This document shows positions 1 to 8,716 of a stretch of DNA of 24,000 nt, piece by piece. Source of the DNA: an uncultured Alphaproteobacteria bacterium (GTDB taxonomy: Bacteria; Pseudomonadota; Alphaproteobacteria; ATCC43930; CGMCC-115725); assembly GCA_963724435.1 (NCBI GenBank), contig CAVRUN010000001.1, forward strand, positions 1,207,135-1,231,134. The letters run 5' to 3'. How positions within the stretch are numbered: position 1 is the stretch's first letter; each line of letters begins with the position of its first letter. Under the pieces are notes generated by a model. It was given only the letters and a program-made list of their open reading frames with translations, had not been told where the DNA came from and searched no databases. The position numbers were made by a program, and so were the translations under genes.

Positions 1-303
1 GCGATGCAGGGCGCGGGCGCCGAGCATACTGTGGTTCTGCGCGGCAACGCCGTGAACTACGCGGTCGCCGGGCAGGGCGTCGCCGGGCTTACGGTCGGCG
101 AGTGGCGACAAACCCAGGCGCCGCGGATGGACCATGACGTCGTCGATCTGATCGAAAAACGAAAGATCCCGGTGTTCGTCATCGAGGAGGATTTATCCGT
201 GCGCGGGATTGCGCCAAGCGACTTGGTGCCCGGAGTTCGACTGATCAGCTCACGAACGCTGCCGCGCTACATGGCCGAGTACGAACTCGTCTCCCATTGG
301 TAA
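1..303 (+). CDS. DsrH/TusB-family sulfur-relay protein (5' end cut by the window edge)
   Basis: The reading frame is open from base 1 to the stop at 301-303. The C-terminal pattern KIPVFVIEEDLSVRGI...VPGVRLIS...YELVSHW matches the DsrH/TusB layout (vYvl.eDl.aRGl....pG..vv.y..f..l....v..W) and the family's usual ~95-100 aa length. About 20 N-terminal residues probably lie upstream of the window. Confidence 0.55.
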   Translation, partial: AMQGAGAEHTVVLRGNAVNYAVAGQGVAGLTVGEWRQTQAPRMDHDVVDLIEKRKIPVFVIEEDLSVRGIAPSDLVPGVRLISSRTLPRYMAEYELVSHW

Positions 304-345
304 GCAGCAGGCAGCGTCGCCTTCGCACCAACCGCGATGCGAGCC

Positions 346-1212
346 TCAGGCCGGGACAAGGCGGCGATAGAGGTGCCAAGTGGCGTGGCCGAGCACCGGC
401 ATCACGACCACCAGCCCGAGAAAGAACGGGATCGAACCGAGCACCAGGCCGCCCGCGACGATCATTCCCCACAATGCCATTGGGCCCGGGTTGGCAAGCA
501 CCGCATGCACCGAAGTTGCCACCGCGGTATCGAGCCCGGCAGCACGGTCGAGGAGCAACGGAAATGACACCGCGCCGATCGCCAATACGATAACCGCGAA
601 CAGAAATCCGACGCCGATCCCGACGCCGATCATCGTCCAGCCGGCGCTCGTCGTGAACAGGTCATGGATGAAGGCGCGGGCCGAGACCGGAGCCTCGGGC
701 CCCAGTGTCAGCAGGTAGATCGCCTCGGCAGCCGCCAGCCATAATAGGAAGATCGCCATCAATACGAGGCCCAACAGAACGATTGCGGCGATTGCCGGCG
801 AGTGGACCACACCCAACGCATCGGCCCAGCCGATCCGCATCCCCTGTTCGCGGCGGCGGCTCATTTCGTAAAGGCCAATTGCGGCGAATGGGCCGACGAG
901 GGCAAAGCCCGAGGCGAGCGGGAACAGCAGCGGCAATAACTGATGACCGGCGGCGAGGCGAAACAAGACGAGGCCGAGAACCGGATAGATCACGCATAAG
1001 ACAATGACGTCGGTGCGGCTCGCGGCGAAATCGTCGAACCCGGCGAGCAGCGCTTGTTTGATATCGACGAGGCCGATCCGGGCGACGCGAGGCGCCGGCG
1101 AGTGCAGTTCGGCCTGCGCCTGTTGGACCGCGTGGCCTGCCTCTTCAATCGCAAGGGCCGCGCGCTTGACTTGGTCGACGCCCCATTCCACCGGGTTGCG
1201 GATAGTCAACAT
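346..1212 (-). CDS. DUF2189 family integral membrane protein
   Basis: The ORF is 346..1248. The N-terminus MLTIRNPVEWG is typical of DUF2189, followed by multiple hydrophobic helices. I prefer the ATG at 1210-1212 because GGGAGGAA sits about 8 nt upstream. The ORF-track start at 1248 would add 12 aa. Confidence 0.75.
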   Translation of the reverse strand: MLTIRNPVEWGVDQVKRAALAIEEAGHAVQQAQAELHSPAPRVARIGLVDIKQALLAGFDDFAASRTDVIVLCVIYPVLGLVLFRLAAGHQLLPLLFPLASGFALVGPFAAIGLYEMSRRREQGMRIGWADALGVVHSPAIAAIVLLGLVLMAIFLLWLAAAEAIYLLTLGPEAPVSARAFIHDLFTTSAGWTMIGVGIGVGFLFAVIVLAIGAVSFPLLLDRAAGLDTAVATSVHAVLANPGPMALWGMIVAGGLVLGSIPFFLGLVVVMPVLGHATWHLYRRLVPA

Positions 1213-1487
1213 TGCCGTTTCCTCCCGAACCAATCGTTCGAGGGCCACGGGCGCCCATTACGGCGTCTCCATCGGCTCGCCGGTCCCGAGCGAACACGCG
1301 ACCCGCTGCGACAAAATGTACCACATCGCTGCTCGGGGCGCCATCTCGATGTCGGGGTGGATCGCCGTCGAGCGACCGCGACCGTTATCCGTCTTTGCAC
1401 CGGCGCTTCGCCCTCAGTTGCTCGATCGCAGCGATTGACCCAATCCTTCTATCCTCCGATCCTCGATGACCTGTTGCAGAGGGAAGA

Positions 1488-2690
1488 ATGAGCGGGCTGG
1501 TCTTTGAGGGGCTGAAGGTTATCGACTGCGCCAGCTTTATCGCCGGACCGGCGGCGGCGACGGTCATGTCGGATTTCGGCGCGGAGGTCGTCAAGATCGA
1601 ACCGCCGGGAGCAGGAGACGCCTACCGCCGCCGCGCCACGCCGCCGATCGGGCCGGGTCTCGCCGGCAACCCCGGCTTTGTCCTAGACGGCCGCAACAAG
1701 CGAAGCCTGGCGCTCGATCTGCGCGCACCCGAAGGACAAGCGGTATTGCGCCGGCTAGTAAAGGACACCGACGTGTTTATCACCAATTATCCGCCGCCGG
1801 TGCGCCGCCGGCTCGGCATAACCTATGAGGAACTGTCGCCGCTCAATGATCGGCTGATCTACGCCTCGTTCACCGGCTATGGCGAGAGCGGGCCGGAAGC
1901 CGACAAGCCCGGCTTTGACGCGACCGCGTGGTGGGCACGTTCCGGTCTGATGCATCTGGTACGCGCGGGAGAGGAGACGTCGCCGGCGCGGTCGTTACCG
2001 GGGATGGGCGATCATCCCTCGGCGATGGGGACTTACGGCGCGATCGTGACCGCACTTTATCAACGCGAGCGCACCGGCAAGGGCGGCTATGTCGGGTCGT
2101 CACTATTGGCGAATGGGCTGTGGGCCAATGGCTGCTCGGTCCAGGCCGCACTGTGCGGCGAAAAGGTGGTGCCGCAGCCGCCGCGTGAGCGCGGCGTCAA
2201 TGCTCTTCGCATCCATTACCGCTGCCGCGACAATCGCTGGATTTTATTGTCGATTGCCGCCGATGAATGGCGCTGGGACAAGTTTAAGTCGTGCATGGGA
2301 TCGCCGGCGCTGGAGGATGACAGGTTTGCGACACACGCCTCGCGCGAAGCCAATGCGCAGCTATTAATCCCGATCCTCGACGATATCTTCGCGAGCCGCG
2401 ACCAGGCCGAATGGCGGCGCATTCTCGACGAGGCCGGGCTGATTTTTGGCATTGTCGCCGATATGGACGAGATCGCCGATGACGAGCAGATCTTGGCGAG
2501 CGGAGCATTGGTGCCGTTCACTGACGGCAGTTCGCTGACCGTCAACAGTCCGTTCTGGATTGCGGGCCAAGAAAAAATGCCGCCGCGCCCGGCACCTGAA
2601 GTCGGCGAGCACAGCGCCGAAATATTGCGCGAAGCCAGCTACTCCGCCGCCGAGATCCACGCTCTGCGCGACACGGGGATCATCGCCTGA
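1488..2690 (+). CDS. CaiB/BaiF family (class III) CoA-transferase
   Basis: 400 aa. The N-terminus GLKVIDCASFIAGPAAATVMSDFGAEVVKIEPPGAGD is the canonical family III CoA-transferase signature. Length fits the family. GAGGGAAGA lies upstream of the ATG. Confidence 0.9.
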   Translation: MSGLVFEGLKVIDCASFIAGPAAATVMSDFGAEVVKIEPPGAGDAYRRRATPPIGPGLAGNPGFVLDGRNKRSLALDLRAPEGQAVLRRLVKDTDVFITNYPPPVRRRLGITYEELSPLNDRLIYASFTGYGESGPEADKPGFDATAWWARSGLMHLVRAGEETSPARSLPGMGDHPSAMGTYGAIVTALYQRERTGKGGYVGSSLLANGLWANGCSVQAALCGEKVVPQPPRERGVNALRIHYRCRDNRWILLSIAADEWRWDKFKSCMGSPALEDDRFATHASREANAQLLIPILDDIFASRDQAEWRRILDEAGLIFGIVADMDEIADDEQILASGALVPFTDGSSLTVNSPFWIAGQEKMPPRPAPEVGEHSAEILREASYSAAEIHALRDTGIIA

Positions 2691-2695
2691 TCATC

Positions 2696-2729
2696 AAAAA
2701 AGCGCCGATCTCGCGAGCAAGACCGGCGC
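2696..2729 (-). terminator. Rho-independent terminator of the phosphoesterase gene
   Basis: The minus-strand RNA reads GCGCCG-GUCUUG-CUCG-CGAGAU-CGGCGC followed by UUUUUU (the A6 run at 2696-2701 on the plus strand). The stem can extend to about 12 bp with a tetraloop. It lies ~45 nt downstream of the stop at 2776. On the plus strand no U-tract follows the hairpin, so it acts mainly in one direction. Confidence 0.7.
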
Positions 2730-2775
2730 CAGGCATGTTCAAGCGATGGGGACGGGATCGTTCCGCCGATATTGG

Positions 2776-4857
2776 TTACGAGTTGAAGTTGAAGAGGTCC
2801 ATGAGGTCGCCGATCGCCGGCTGGTTGGTCGGCACGTAGGGATTGGCGCCGGTGACCGGGTCCGGAAGGTTGTCGCGGCTGCGGTTGCTGACCGGCGGGA
2901 CAGTCCAGTTCGCCTCGATGAATTTCAGGATCGAGACGTGGTCGTTATAGGTGTGCGAAATGTGACCGCCGGTGCTGTATTTCGACACCACGATCATCGG
3001 GATGCGCGTCCCGTCGCCAAAGTAATCGAGCTGCTGCACATACCCTGAGTCGTAGTATCCGCCGCCCTCATCCATCGTGATAAAGATCGCGGTGTTCGCC
3101 CACAGCGTCGGGTTGGCCTTGGTCAGATCGACGATCTTTTTGACAAAGCCTTCGAGCAGATCGACCTTCGACGACGCCGGATGACCGTCGAGATAGCCGT
3201 CGGGCTTGACAAACGACACCGCCGGCAGGGCGCATTTTGTCGCTGAGCAGGTCTGCAGGTCGTTATAGAGATCGCTTGTGTCTTTCAGCGCCGCCTGCCG
3301 CACCGGGGGGTTGGTCATGATCGAGGTCGAGTACTGGAAGAAGTTGCAGATATTACAGTATTGATTGTTGGCTGCGACGTAATTCAGGTATGGGTTGGCG
3401 AGGTAGGCATAAAACTGGCCGCCGAAGTAGGCGAACGAAACCTGCTTTTGGAGCAAATCGTCGCCAATGTTCGGGACACTCGAGGGCGGCACCGTGAAGA
3501 CGGTCCGATACTGATCGAGCTGCGGTGTGGGGGGAGTGGTGGGCTGGGTGCTATCGAGATAGGCATTGGTGCCGTCGCCGTAATAGCCCGGATTGTAGTT
3601 ATTGAGCAGGTAATAGTGCCCAGTTTGGCAATTCGGGTTGATATTGATCGTGTTCAGGTAGGAAACGATCGCGGGGACGCCCGGCTGCGTCGTGTCGGCG
3701 CAAGCGGTGTAGCTGCCGCCGCCATAAGAGGGCGACCCATAAGAGCCGCCGCCATAGCCGTCTTGGGTGTACCAGTTGTTGTAGGGACTAAGCGGGTCGG
3801 GGTCCTCGATCTCGTCGACAATCCCGGCGTTGTCGGTGCCAGTTGCCACCTGCTGATTGTGCGGCGGCACTGCCGAGTTGCCGGCGCCGTCGCTGAACCA
3901 GATCGCGTCGCCGGTGCCGAGCATGATGTGGTTGGCGCCGGTGCCGCCGTTAACCGCTTGATGATAATTGTCGCTCATCGCATAGGTGTCGGCGAGCGAT
4001 TTGAGATAGGGCACGTCCCCCTGCTGGACGTTCCAAAAGCCCATCGCCGTCGCGCCCTCTACATAGCCGCGCTGCAGAACAGCCGTGGTCGGCGGATTGC
4101 CGTTGCTGCCCGCGCCGACGGTCGCCTCGACCCACGGAAAAAGATCGTTCAGGCAGACCGGGGAACCGGTGGCGGCGCTGCAATCGAGCTGCTGCCACAT
4201 CTGGTAGAAGCGGTGGACCGGGCTTTCCATATACGCGTCGTAGAGCCCGGGAGTGATCTGGTACGGGCCCGGCGGCAGGTTGTTGACGAGCCTGCCGTCA
4301 TAGACGATGCGTGTATCCGGCTTGCCGAGCGTCGCTGTCACGCCGCCGGTGATCAGAAACGGATAATAATTGATCGGCAACCCGTTCTCGACCGCCATTG
4401 CCTCGGGGACATTCTGGAAGGGCGGCTGCCCGTTGGTGTATCCGCCCTCGGCCAGCGGCGGCGGCAGGGTCGTGTACGGGATCTTCTGCACGTTCGGGCT
4501 GATCTGATACGTGGTGGTGTCCTGGGCATGATACTGCGTGGCGTAGGAATAGTTCGGCCCCGGAAAGCCGTTGGCTTGGACGATGCCCTCCGACAGCAAG
4601 TTCATCACCGTTTCGCCCTTGTTCACCGGTTTGTAAGTGGCGAAGAGGTGGTCAAAGGTACGGTTCTCGCCGATGATGACGATGACGTGCTTGATCGGCG
4701 TCGTGGTGTTGCCGTCTTTGGCATTGCTCATGACCGTCGGCGCGGCAAACGCGGCAAAAGGCGCCAGCGTATTGATCGCCATCGCATAGATCGCCACGCT
4801 GCTGAGCAGCCGGAAGCGCCAACGCGCGGCGGCGCGTTGCGGAACTCGGTTTCGCAT
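2776..4857 (-). CDS. Secreted phosphoesterase family protein (phospholipase C / acid phosphatase AcpA family)
   Basis: 693 aa. N-terminal signal peptide (...LAPFAAFAAPTV). The motif IKHVIVIIGENRTFDHLF lies near the N-terminus, and GTRIPMIVVSKYSTGGHISHTYNDHVSILKFIE near the C-terminus. Both are hallmarks of the phosphoesterase (PLC/AcpA) family. GAGGGG lies upstream of the ATG. Confidence 0.85.
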   Translation of the reverse strand: MRNRVPQRAAARWRFRLLSSVAIYAMAINTLAPFAAFAAPTVMSNAKDGNTTTPIKHVIVIIGENRTFDHLFATYKPVNKGETVMNLLSEGIVQANGFPGPNYSYATQYHAQDTTTYQISPNVQKIPYTTLPPPLAEGGYTNGQPPFQNVPEAMAVENGLPINYYPFLITGGVTATLGKPDTRIVYDGRLVNNLPPGPYQITPGLYDAYMESPVHRFYQMWQQLDCSAATGSPVCLNDLFPWVEATVGAGSNGNPPTTAVLQRGYVEGATAMGFWNVQQGDVPYLKSLADTYAMSDNYHQAVNGGTGANHIMLGTGDAIWFSDGAGNSAVPPHNQQVATGTDNAGIVDEIEDPDPLSPYNNWYTQDGYGGGSYGSPSYGGGSYTACADTTQPGVPAIVSYLNTININPNCQTGHYYLLNNYNPGYYGDGTNAYLDSTQPTTPPTPQLDQYRTVFTVPPSSVPNIGDDLLQKQVSFAYFGGQFYAYLANPYLNYVAANNQYCNICNFFQYSTSIMTNPPVRQAALKDTSDLYNDLQTCSATKCALPAVSFVKPDGYLDGHPASSKVDLLEGFVKKIVDLTKANPTLWANTAIFITMDEGGGYYDSGYVQQLDYFGDGTRIPMIVVSKYSTGGHISHTYNDHVSILKFIEANWTVPPVSNRSRDNLPDPVTGANPYVPTNQPAIGDLMDLFNFNS

Positions 4858-5057
4858 CGTTGTCCCCTCGGAGAAATTGCGGACGCGGCGCGGACGCTAG
4901 CGACCGAATTTTGCCGTTGGGTGATGCTTTGAAGACGTTAATGTTAATCTCACGCGACAGTTGAGTGATTATCCGCATTGGCACAGGGAAGACCGCTCAG
5001 GGATGCGGCAGCGCGGCCGGCACCTATCAAGGGCGCCGCGTCCGCCCCCGGATCGGC

Positions 5058-5474
5058 TTAACTGTCGATGATGGCGATTGCTTCGATCTCGATCATCGCG
5101 TCGGGGTCGGCGAGCCGCCTGATTTCGACCGTTGTGCTGGTTGGCGTCGCCGGCCCGAAATACCGTAAGCGCATATCGCCATGTTTCGAGAATTCGACAT
5201 AGTCGGTGACGAAAGTGTTGGTTTTGACGATGTCGGCGAGCGTGGCGCCGGCAGCTTCGAGACAAATCTTGATATTCTCCCCAACCTGCTGGATCTGGGC
5301 GCGCATGTCGCCTTTTCCGACAAGGTTGCCGGCGGCGTCGCGCGCCAACTGACCGGCGACAAAGATCATCTTGCCGGTGCCGCTGACGGTCACGACCTGG
5401 GTATAGGCCGGCTGGCCCGCCCGGATCACGACATGAACGCCGTCGGGCTGAATCTTCTCGCGTTGGATCGCCAT
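5058..5474 (-). CDS. RidA/YjgF/L-PSP family reactive-intermediate (enamine/imine) deaminase
   Basis: 138 aa. The sequence ...IFVAGQLARDAAGNLVGKGDMRAQIQQVGENIKICLEAAGATLADIVKTNTFV...VEIRRLADPDAMIEIEAIA shows the typical RidA fold pattern. A strong GGAGGAGGG lies upstream of the ATG. Confidence 0.9.
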   Translation of the reverse strand: MAIQREKIQPDGVHVVIRAGQPAYTQVVTVSGTGKMIFVAGQLARDAAGNLVGKGDMRAQIQQVGENIKICLEAAGATLADIVKTNTFVTDYVEFSKHGDMRLRYFGPATPTSTTVEIRRLADPDAMIEIEAIAIIDS

Positions 5475-5619
5475 GATGTCCCTCCTCCGGTTAGCCGCGC
5501 TCGAACACCGCCATGCGGGAACAGGCGTTTTCCTGTCCCGTGATCTTCGCTAGCATCGCCCAAGCGCGCTGTTCGCGGGCAAGCCGCCCGCCAAAAACCG
5601 GTAACTCAGCGAGGGTGCC

Positions 5620-6828
5620 ATGTCACTGATCAATCTGCGCCACGGGATTTTTCTGCCGCCGTTCCACCCGAACGAGGAGAACCCGACTCAGTGCCTGGAG
5701 CGCGATCTCGAGCTGATGGCGTGGCTCGACAGGCTGGGCTTTCACGAGGCGTGGATCGGCGAGCACCACTCCGCCGGTTTCGAGATCATCAGCTCGCCTG
5801 AGATCTTTATCGCCTTTGCCGCCGAGCGCACCAAAAACATCCGCTTTGGCACCGGCGTCATTTCGCTGCCCTATCATCACCCGATGATGGTCGCCGACCG
5901 CATCGTCCAGCTCGATCATATGACGCGCGGGCGTGTCATGTTCGGCGCCGGGCCCGGGCTGTTGGCCTCAGATGCGATCATGATGGGTATCGACCCGCTG
6001 ACCCAGCGCGACCGCATGGCCGAGTCATTGGACGCGATACTCCGACTGTTTCGCGGCGAGATCATCACCGAAAAGACCGATTGGTACACGATGGAGGGCT
6101 GCCGGCTGCACCTGCTGCCCTACTCCAAGCCCTATCCCGAGGTGGCGGTGGTCAGCGCCGTCACACCATCGGGCGGAAGGCTTGCCGGCAAATACGATCT
6201 CGGCATGATCTGTGTCGCCGCAACCAACCCGTTTGGCTTTGACGCGCTTGGCTCGAACTGGCAAATCGCCTGCGATGTAGCAGCCGAGCACGGGCGAGAG
6301 ATGAACCCGAACCGGTTGCGCCTCGTCGGGCCGATACACATCGCCGAGACCCGCGAACAGGCCTTTGCCAATGCCCGCTTTGGCTTCGAGAAATATCTCG
6401 GCTACCTCAACAACAACCAGCCGCGGTTCATCGTGCCGGCGGGCCAAGACCCGCTCGAATGGTTTGTCGAAAACCGCTATGGCGTGTGCGGCACGCCCGA
6501 CGATGCGATAGCACTGATCGAGCGGTTGGAGGACAAACAGGGCGCCTTTGGAGCGTTTTTGCAGCAAGCGCATAACTGGGCCGATTTCGAGGCGACCAAG
6601 CGGTCCTACGAGCTATACGCGCGCTATGTGATGCCGCATTTCAGCCGCGCCAACGCGCCGCGCGCAGCCTCCTATCAATGGTGCGGCGACAACCGCGCCG
6701 AATTCAGCGCCAAGCGCAATGCCGCCGCCAAGGCCATGTTCGACCGCCACGAAGCCGAGCAGGCCGCGACCCGCGAACTGACCAGCGCTGGCATCCCCCG
6801 CCCCGCCCGCGGCCGCGAAGCCTGGTAG
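5620..6828 (+). CDS. LLM-class (luciferase-like) flavin-dependent monooxygenase
   Basis: 402 aa. GIFLPPFHP...LERDLELMAWLDRLGFHEAWIGEHHSAGFEIISSPEIFIAFAAERTKNIRFGTGVISLPYHHPMMVADRIVQLDHMTRGRVMFGAGPG is the classic LLM N-terminal barrel signature, as in the limonene-monooxygenase-like subgroup. Confidence 0.85.
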   Translation: MSLINLRHGIFLPPFHPNEENPTQCLERDLELMAWLDRLGFHEAWIGEHHSAGFEIISSPEIFIAFAAERTKNIRFGTGVISLPYHHPMMVADRIVQLDHMTRGRVMFGAGPGLLASDAIMMGIDPLTQRDRMAESLDAILRLFRGEIITEKTDWYTMEGCRLHLLPYSKPYPEVAVVSAVTPSGGRLAGKYDLGMICVAATNPFGFDALGSNWQIACDVAAEHGREMNPNRLRLVGPIHIAETREQAFANARFGFEKYLGYLNNNQPRFIVPAGQDPLEWFVENRYGVCGTPDDAIALIERLEDKQGAFGAFLQQAHNWADFEATKRSYELYARYVMPHFSRANAPRAASYQWCGDNRAEFSAKRNAAAKAMFDRHEAEQAATRELTSAGIPRPARGREAW

Positions 6829-6855
6829 CAAAAGGCGCCTGAACCCGCCTGTGCT

Positions 6856-7350
6856 TTACACCGGGTAGACGAGTGAGGTTGGGACGATCGTCGAATCGTA
6901 GACGCAGATGCGCTCGGCAAAGCGCAGGCGGTCGCCGTCGTCGACTACCCGATCGTGGTAGCGACCGCACATAAAGAGTTCGGACGGGCGGTCGACCATC
7001 GTCTGGAGCAGCGCGAAATTGGCAGTCAGACGCATCCCGTCGGGCCGGATCTCACGCAATCGGATATTGCCGGTCAAATGCCGCATCAGTCGCGGCAGGT
7101 ACAACGTCGTCTCACGGATCGCGACAACCCGATCGAACAGCATGTTCCGGCTCTCGCAATAGACGAGCGCCACAGGCAGATTTTGCTCGAAGTTTTCGCG
7201 CGGCGTGATTTTGTAAACGCAGTCATTAGTAAAGAATTCGGGCCAGGCTTCGAGTTGGCCGTCGTCAAGCACATCGGAATAGGCGCCATAGAGATCGGCG
7301 AGCCGCATTCGCAGCTCCGCCGGTGCGGCGAGGCCGGGCGCGGCGATCAT
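6856..7350 (-). CDS. Aromatic-ring-hydroxylating (Rieske) oxygenase, beta (small) subunit
   Basis: 164 aa, NTF2/SnoaL-like. The pattern DDGQLEAWPEFFTNDCVYKITPRENF...VALVYCESRNMLFDRV is typical of RHO beta subunits. It starts 7 nt after the alpha-subunit stop. Confidence 0.85.
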   Translation of the reverse strand: MIAAPGLAAPAELRMRLADLYGAYSDVLDDGQLEAWPEFFTNDCVYKITPRENFEQNLPVALVYCESRNMLFDRVVAIRETTLYLPRLMRHLTGNIRLREIRPDGMRLTANFALLQTMVDRPSELFMCGRYHDRVVDDGDRLRFAERICVYDSTIVPTSLVYPV

Positions 7351-7357
7351 CGCCGGC

Positions 7358-8638
7358 TTATAGGCCCATTACACCGCGGTAATATTGATAGAGCCCGCGG
7401 ATCGCGGTCTCGGTCACCATATGCGGCTCGTCACGGACGGCGCGCCCGCCCATCTCGGCGATGCATAGGGCGTCTTCATTGCTGTCAATTCCGGCCTGCG
7501 ACAGCAGCATCGCCTCGCTGTCGTCGACCGAAACGAGACCCGCCGGTCCCATCAGATTGGCCTGGCGCAGGCGGCGCTGGCGCATCTCAGGCGTATCGTC
7601 GGCATAGCCGAAAAAGGTCCAGGCGAGATCGAATTCCTGCGCGCTGATCGGGATGATCTGCCGTGTCGCCAAAGTGTTCGATTGCTGCTGCACGATCAGG
7701 TTGGGAAAGAAAGTCTGCATGACGACGGTGGCTTCGCCGGGGAACTCACGCACTGGCTCCAACAACCGTGGGTCACGCAATGTGAAGTTCGATTTGAAGG
7801 CGCGCATCTGGCGCGTCGCTTCGTTTTCCTGCTGCTCGCCTTTGCGGCTGACCAGCACCGCGTGGCGCCCAGCCGGGTCCATCTCGATCGCCGAGCGCTG
7901 GTCAAGACGGAACAGCCCAAACGTGACCAGGAAAACGTGCAACAGGCTGGCGTGATACGGATCTTTGATGTTCTCGAACATCAATTTCCAATTGCTCGGG
8001 ATGCGCTGGCGCAAATAGCCGAGCACGACCAACTCGCGGCCATCAAAAACCCGGTCGAAATAGCTGAGCATGTTTTGGCCAAGATATTCTTCGAGCGGCT
8101 CGGTCTCGGCCGACATGCTGGCAAACACGACGCCGTGACGGCGAGTTATCTCAAGCCGCTGCAGCCCGTGCTCTTCGAGTCGAAAATCGTCCGGCATGCC
8201 CCCCTGGCCGCGAAACCCGCGGCGGAACGGCACGCCGAGCAACTTGCCGGTAAGGTCGTAGGTCCATTGGTGATAAGGGCAGACGAACTCTTTGGCCGAA
8301 CCGCGCGATGCCGAGCAGAATTGCGCGCTGCGATGGGCACAACGGTTTACCAGCACCGCGATGTCACCGGAGGGCTCGCGCACCGCGACGGTCTCGACCT
8401 GACCAAGCCGGCTGCGTTTGAAATCGGCCGGGTTCGGGATCTCGCTTTCGAGACAGACGTAAAGCCAGCTTGGGCCGGCAAAAATCCGCTGCTGCTCGCG
8501 GGCAAAAATCTCAGGGTCGGTATAGACCCAATTTGGAATGCGCGAGCTGCCGCCTTCGGGCCAGCGACGCGCGTCCGCTTTTTCGATGCCTGGATCGATC
8601 AGTGGTCCAACGGTTCCATCGGCTGACGGCATCGTCAT
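7358..8638 (-). CDS. Rieske [2Fe-2S] aromatic-ring-hydroxylating oxygenase, alpha subunit (salicylate-5-hydroxylase NagG-like branch)
   Basis: 426 aa. Rieske motif CAHRSAQFC...CPYHQWTY. Mononuclear-iron motif NIKDPYHASLLHVF. The overall pattern (GGSSRIPNWVYTDPEIF..., ...MVTETAIRGLYQYYRGVMG) recalls the NagG/IacC-type alpha subunits as I remember them. The subfamily assignment has not been checked by a search. Confidence 0.9.
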   Translation of the reverse strand: MTMPSADGTVGPLIDPGIEKADARRWPEGGSSRIPNWVYTDPEIFAREQQRIFAGPSWLYVCLESEIPNPADFKRSRLGQVETVAVREPSGDIAVLVNRCAHRSAQFCSASRGSAKEFVCPYHQWTYDLTGKLLGVPFRRGFRGQGGMPDDFRLEEHGLQRLEITRRHGVVFASMSAETEPLEEYLGQNMLSYFDRVFDGRELVVLGYLRQRIPSNWKLMFENIKDPYHASLLHVFLVTFGLFRLDQRSAIEMDPAGRHAVLVSRKGEQQENEATRQMRAFKSNFTLRDPRLLEPVREFPGEATVVMQTFFPNLIVQQQSNTLATRQIIPISAQEFDLAWTFFGYADDTPEMRQRRLRQANLMGPAGLVSVDDSEAMLLSQAGIDSNEDALCIAEMGGRAVRDEPHMVTETAIRGLYQYYRGVMGL

Positions 8639-8716
8639 ACTCCGGCGAGAGGTCGGCGCCTATCTTACAATGCGCTGCCGATTTCGGCGATCATCCGCGC
8701 AACTAAAGATTACAGC

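Noticed and set aside
3361-4932. A 523-aa plus-strand ORF antisense to the phosphoesterase gene. Similar long antisense ORFs occur at 7682-8626, 15900-16736 and 18406-19449.
   Set aside because: Their translations are Arg/Gly/Ala/Val-rich low-information sequence with no recognisable motifs. Each lies fully opposite a gene with strong family signatures. This is the expected shadow-ORF artefact of GC3-rich coding DNA.
4969-4977. TTATCCGCA, an 8 of 9 match to the DnaA box TTATCCACA.
   Set aside because: It is a single isolated near-match, with no box cluster, AT-rich unwinding element or origin context. A chance occurrence is likely.
4858-5057. A possible PhoB (Pho box) site upstream of the phosphoesterase gene.
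   Set aside because: The best candidates (CTGTCGC..., TTAACAT...) match only 4-5 of 7 positions in one half-site. They lack a second repeat at the 11-bp spacing.
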